Origin: Opitutales bacterium
GTDB taxonomy: Bacteria; Verrucomicrobiota; Verrucomicrobiia; Opitutales; Coraliomargaritaceae
Assembly (NCBI GenBank): GCA_049598495.1
Contig: JBMYNR010000016.1
Span: 1 to 32,778 of the forward strand
Reading direction: 5' to 3'
DNA: 32,778 nt
This document shows, piece by piece, positions 32,778-32,778 of the stretch; within the stretch, counting starts at the first letter, position 1, and the number at the start of each line of letters is the position of its first letter. A program made the position numbers and the translations under genes. The notes under the pieces were generated by a model, which was not told where the DNA came from, searched no databases, and saw only the letters and a list, made by a program, of their open reading frames with translations.

Positions 32778-32778
32778 T

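Overview
Core-genome segment of a moderately GC-rich bacterium; gene content and protein style suggest Verrucomicrobiota (Opitutales-like), which is an inference. It is densely coded with housekeeping genes: gluQ, a DEAD-box helicase with rsmE, lnt, pyk, an MBL hydrolase, folE2, grpE-dnaJ-purN-prmA-rodZ, ferredoxin-trmB-ahpD, tyrS, mreBCD-mrdA, metH, tkt, hisI, tRNA-Arg(CCG) and riboflavin synthase. Non-core items are a window-truncated Ca-binding DxDxDG-repeat protein that seems to end at a junction, an octaheme cytochrome c lipoprotein with HEAT/TPR-like repeats, three uncharacterised membrane or lipoproteins, a 64-aa cytidylyltransferase remnant that may be an internal in-frame deletion, a strong palindromic operator at the metH start, and several intergenic REP-like inverted-repeat elements. 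I found no transposase, integrase, CRISPR array or defence system, and I cannot claim a clearly new multi-gene system. The best leads are the octaheme-TPR lipoprotein, the metH operator, the intergenic palindromic elements and the active-site variants of HisI, TyrRS and GluQ.
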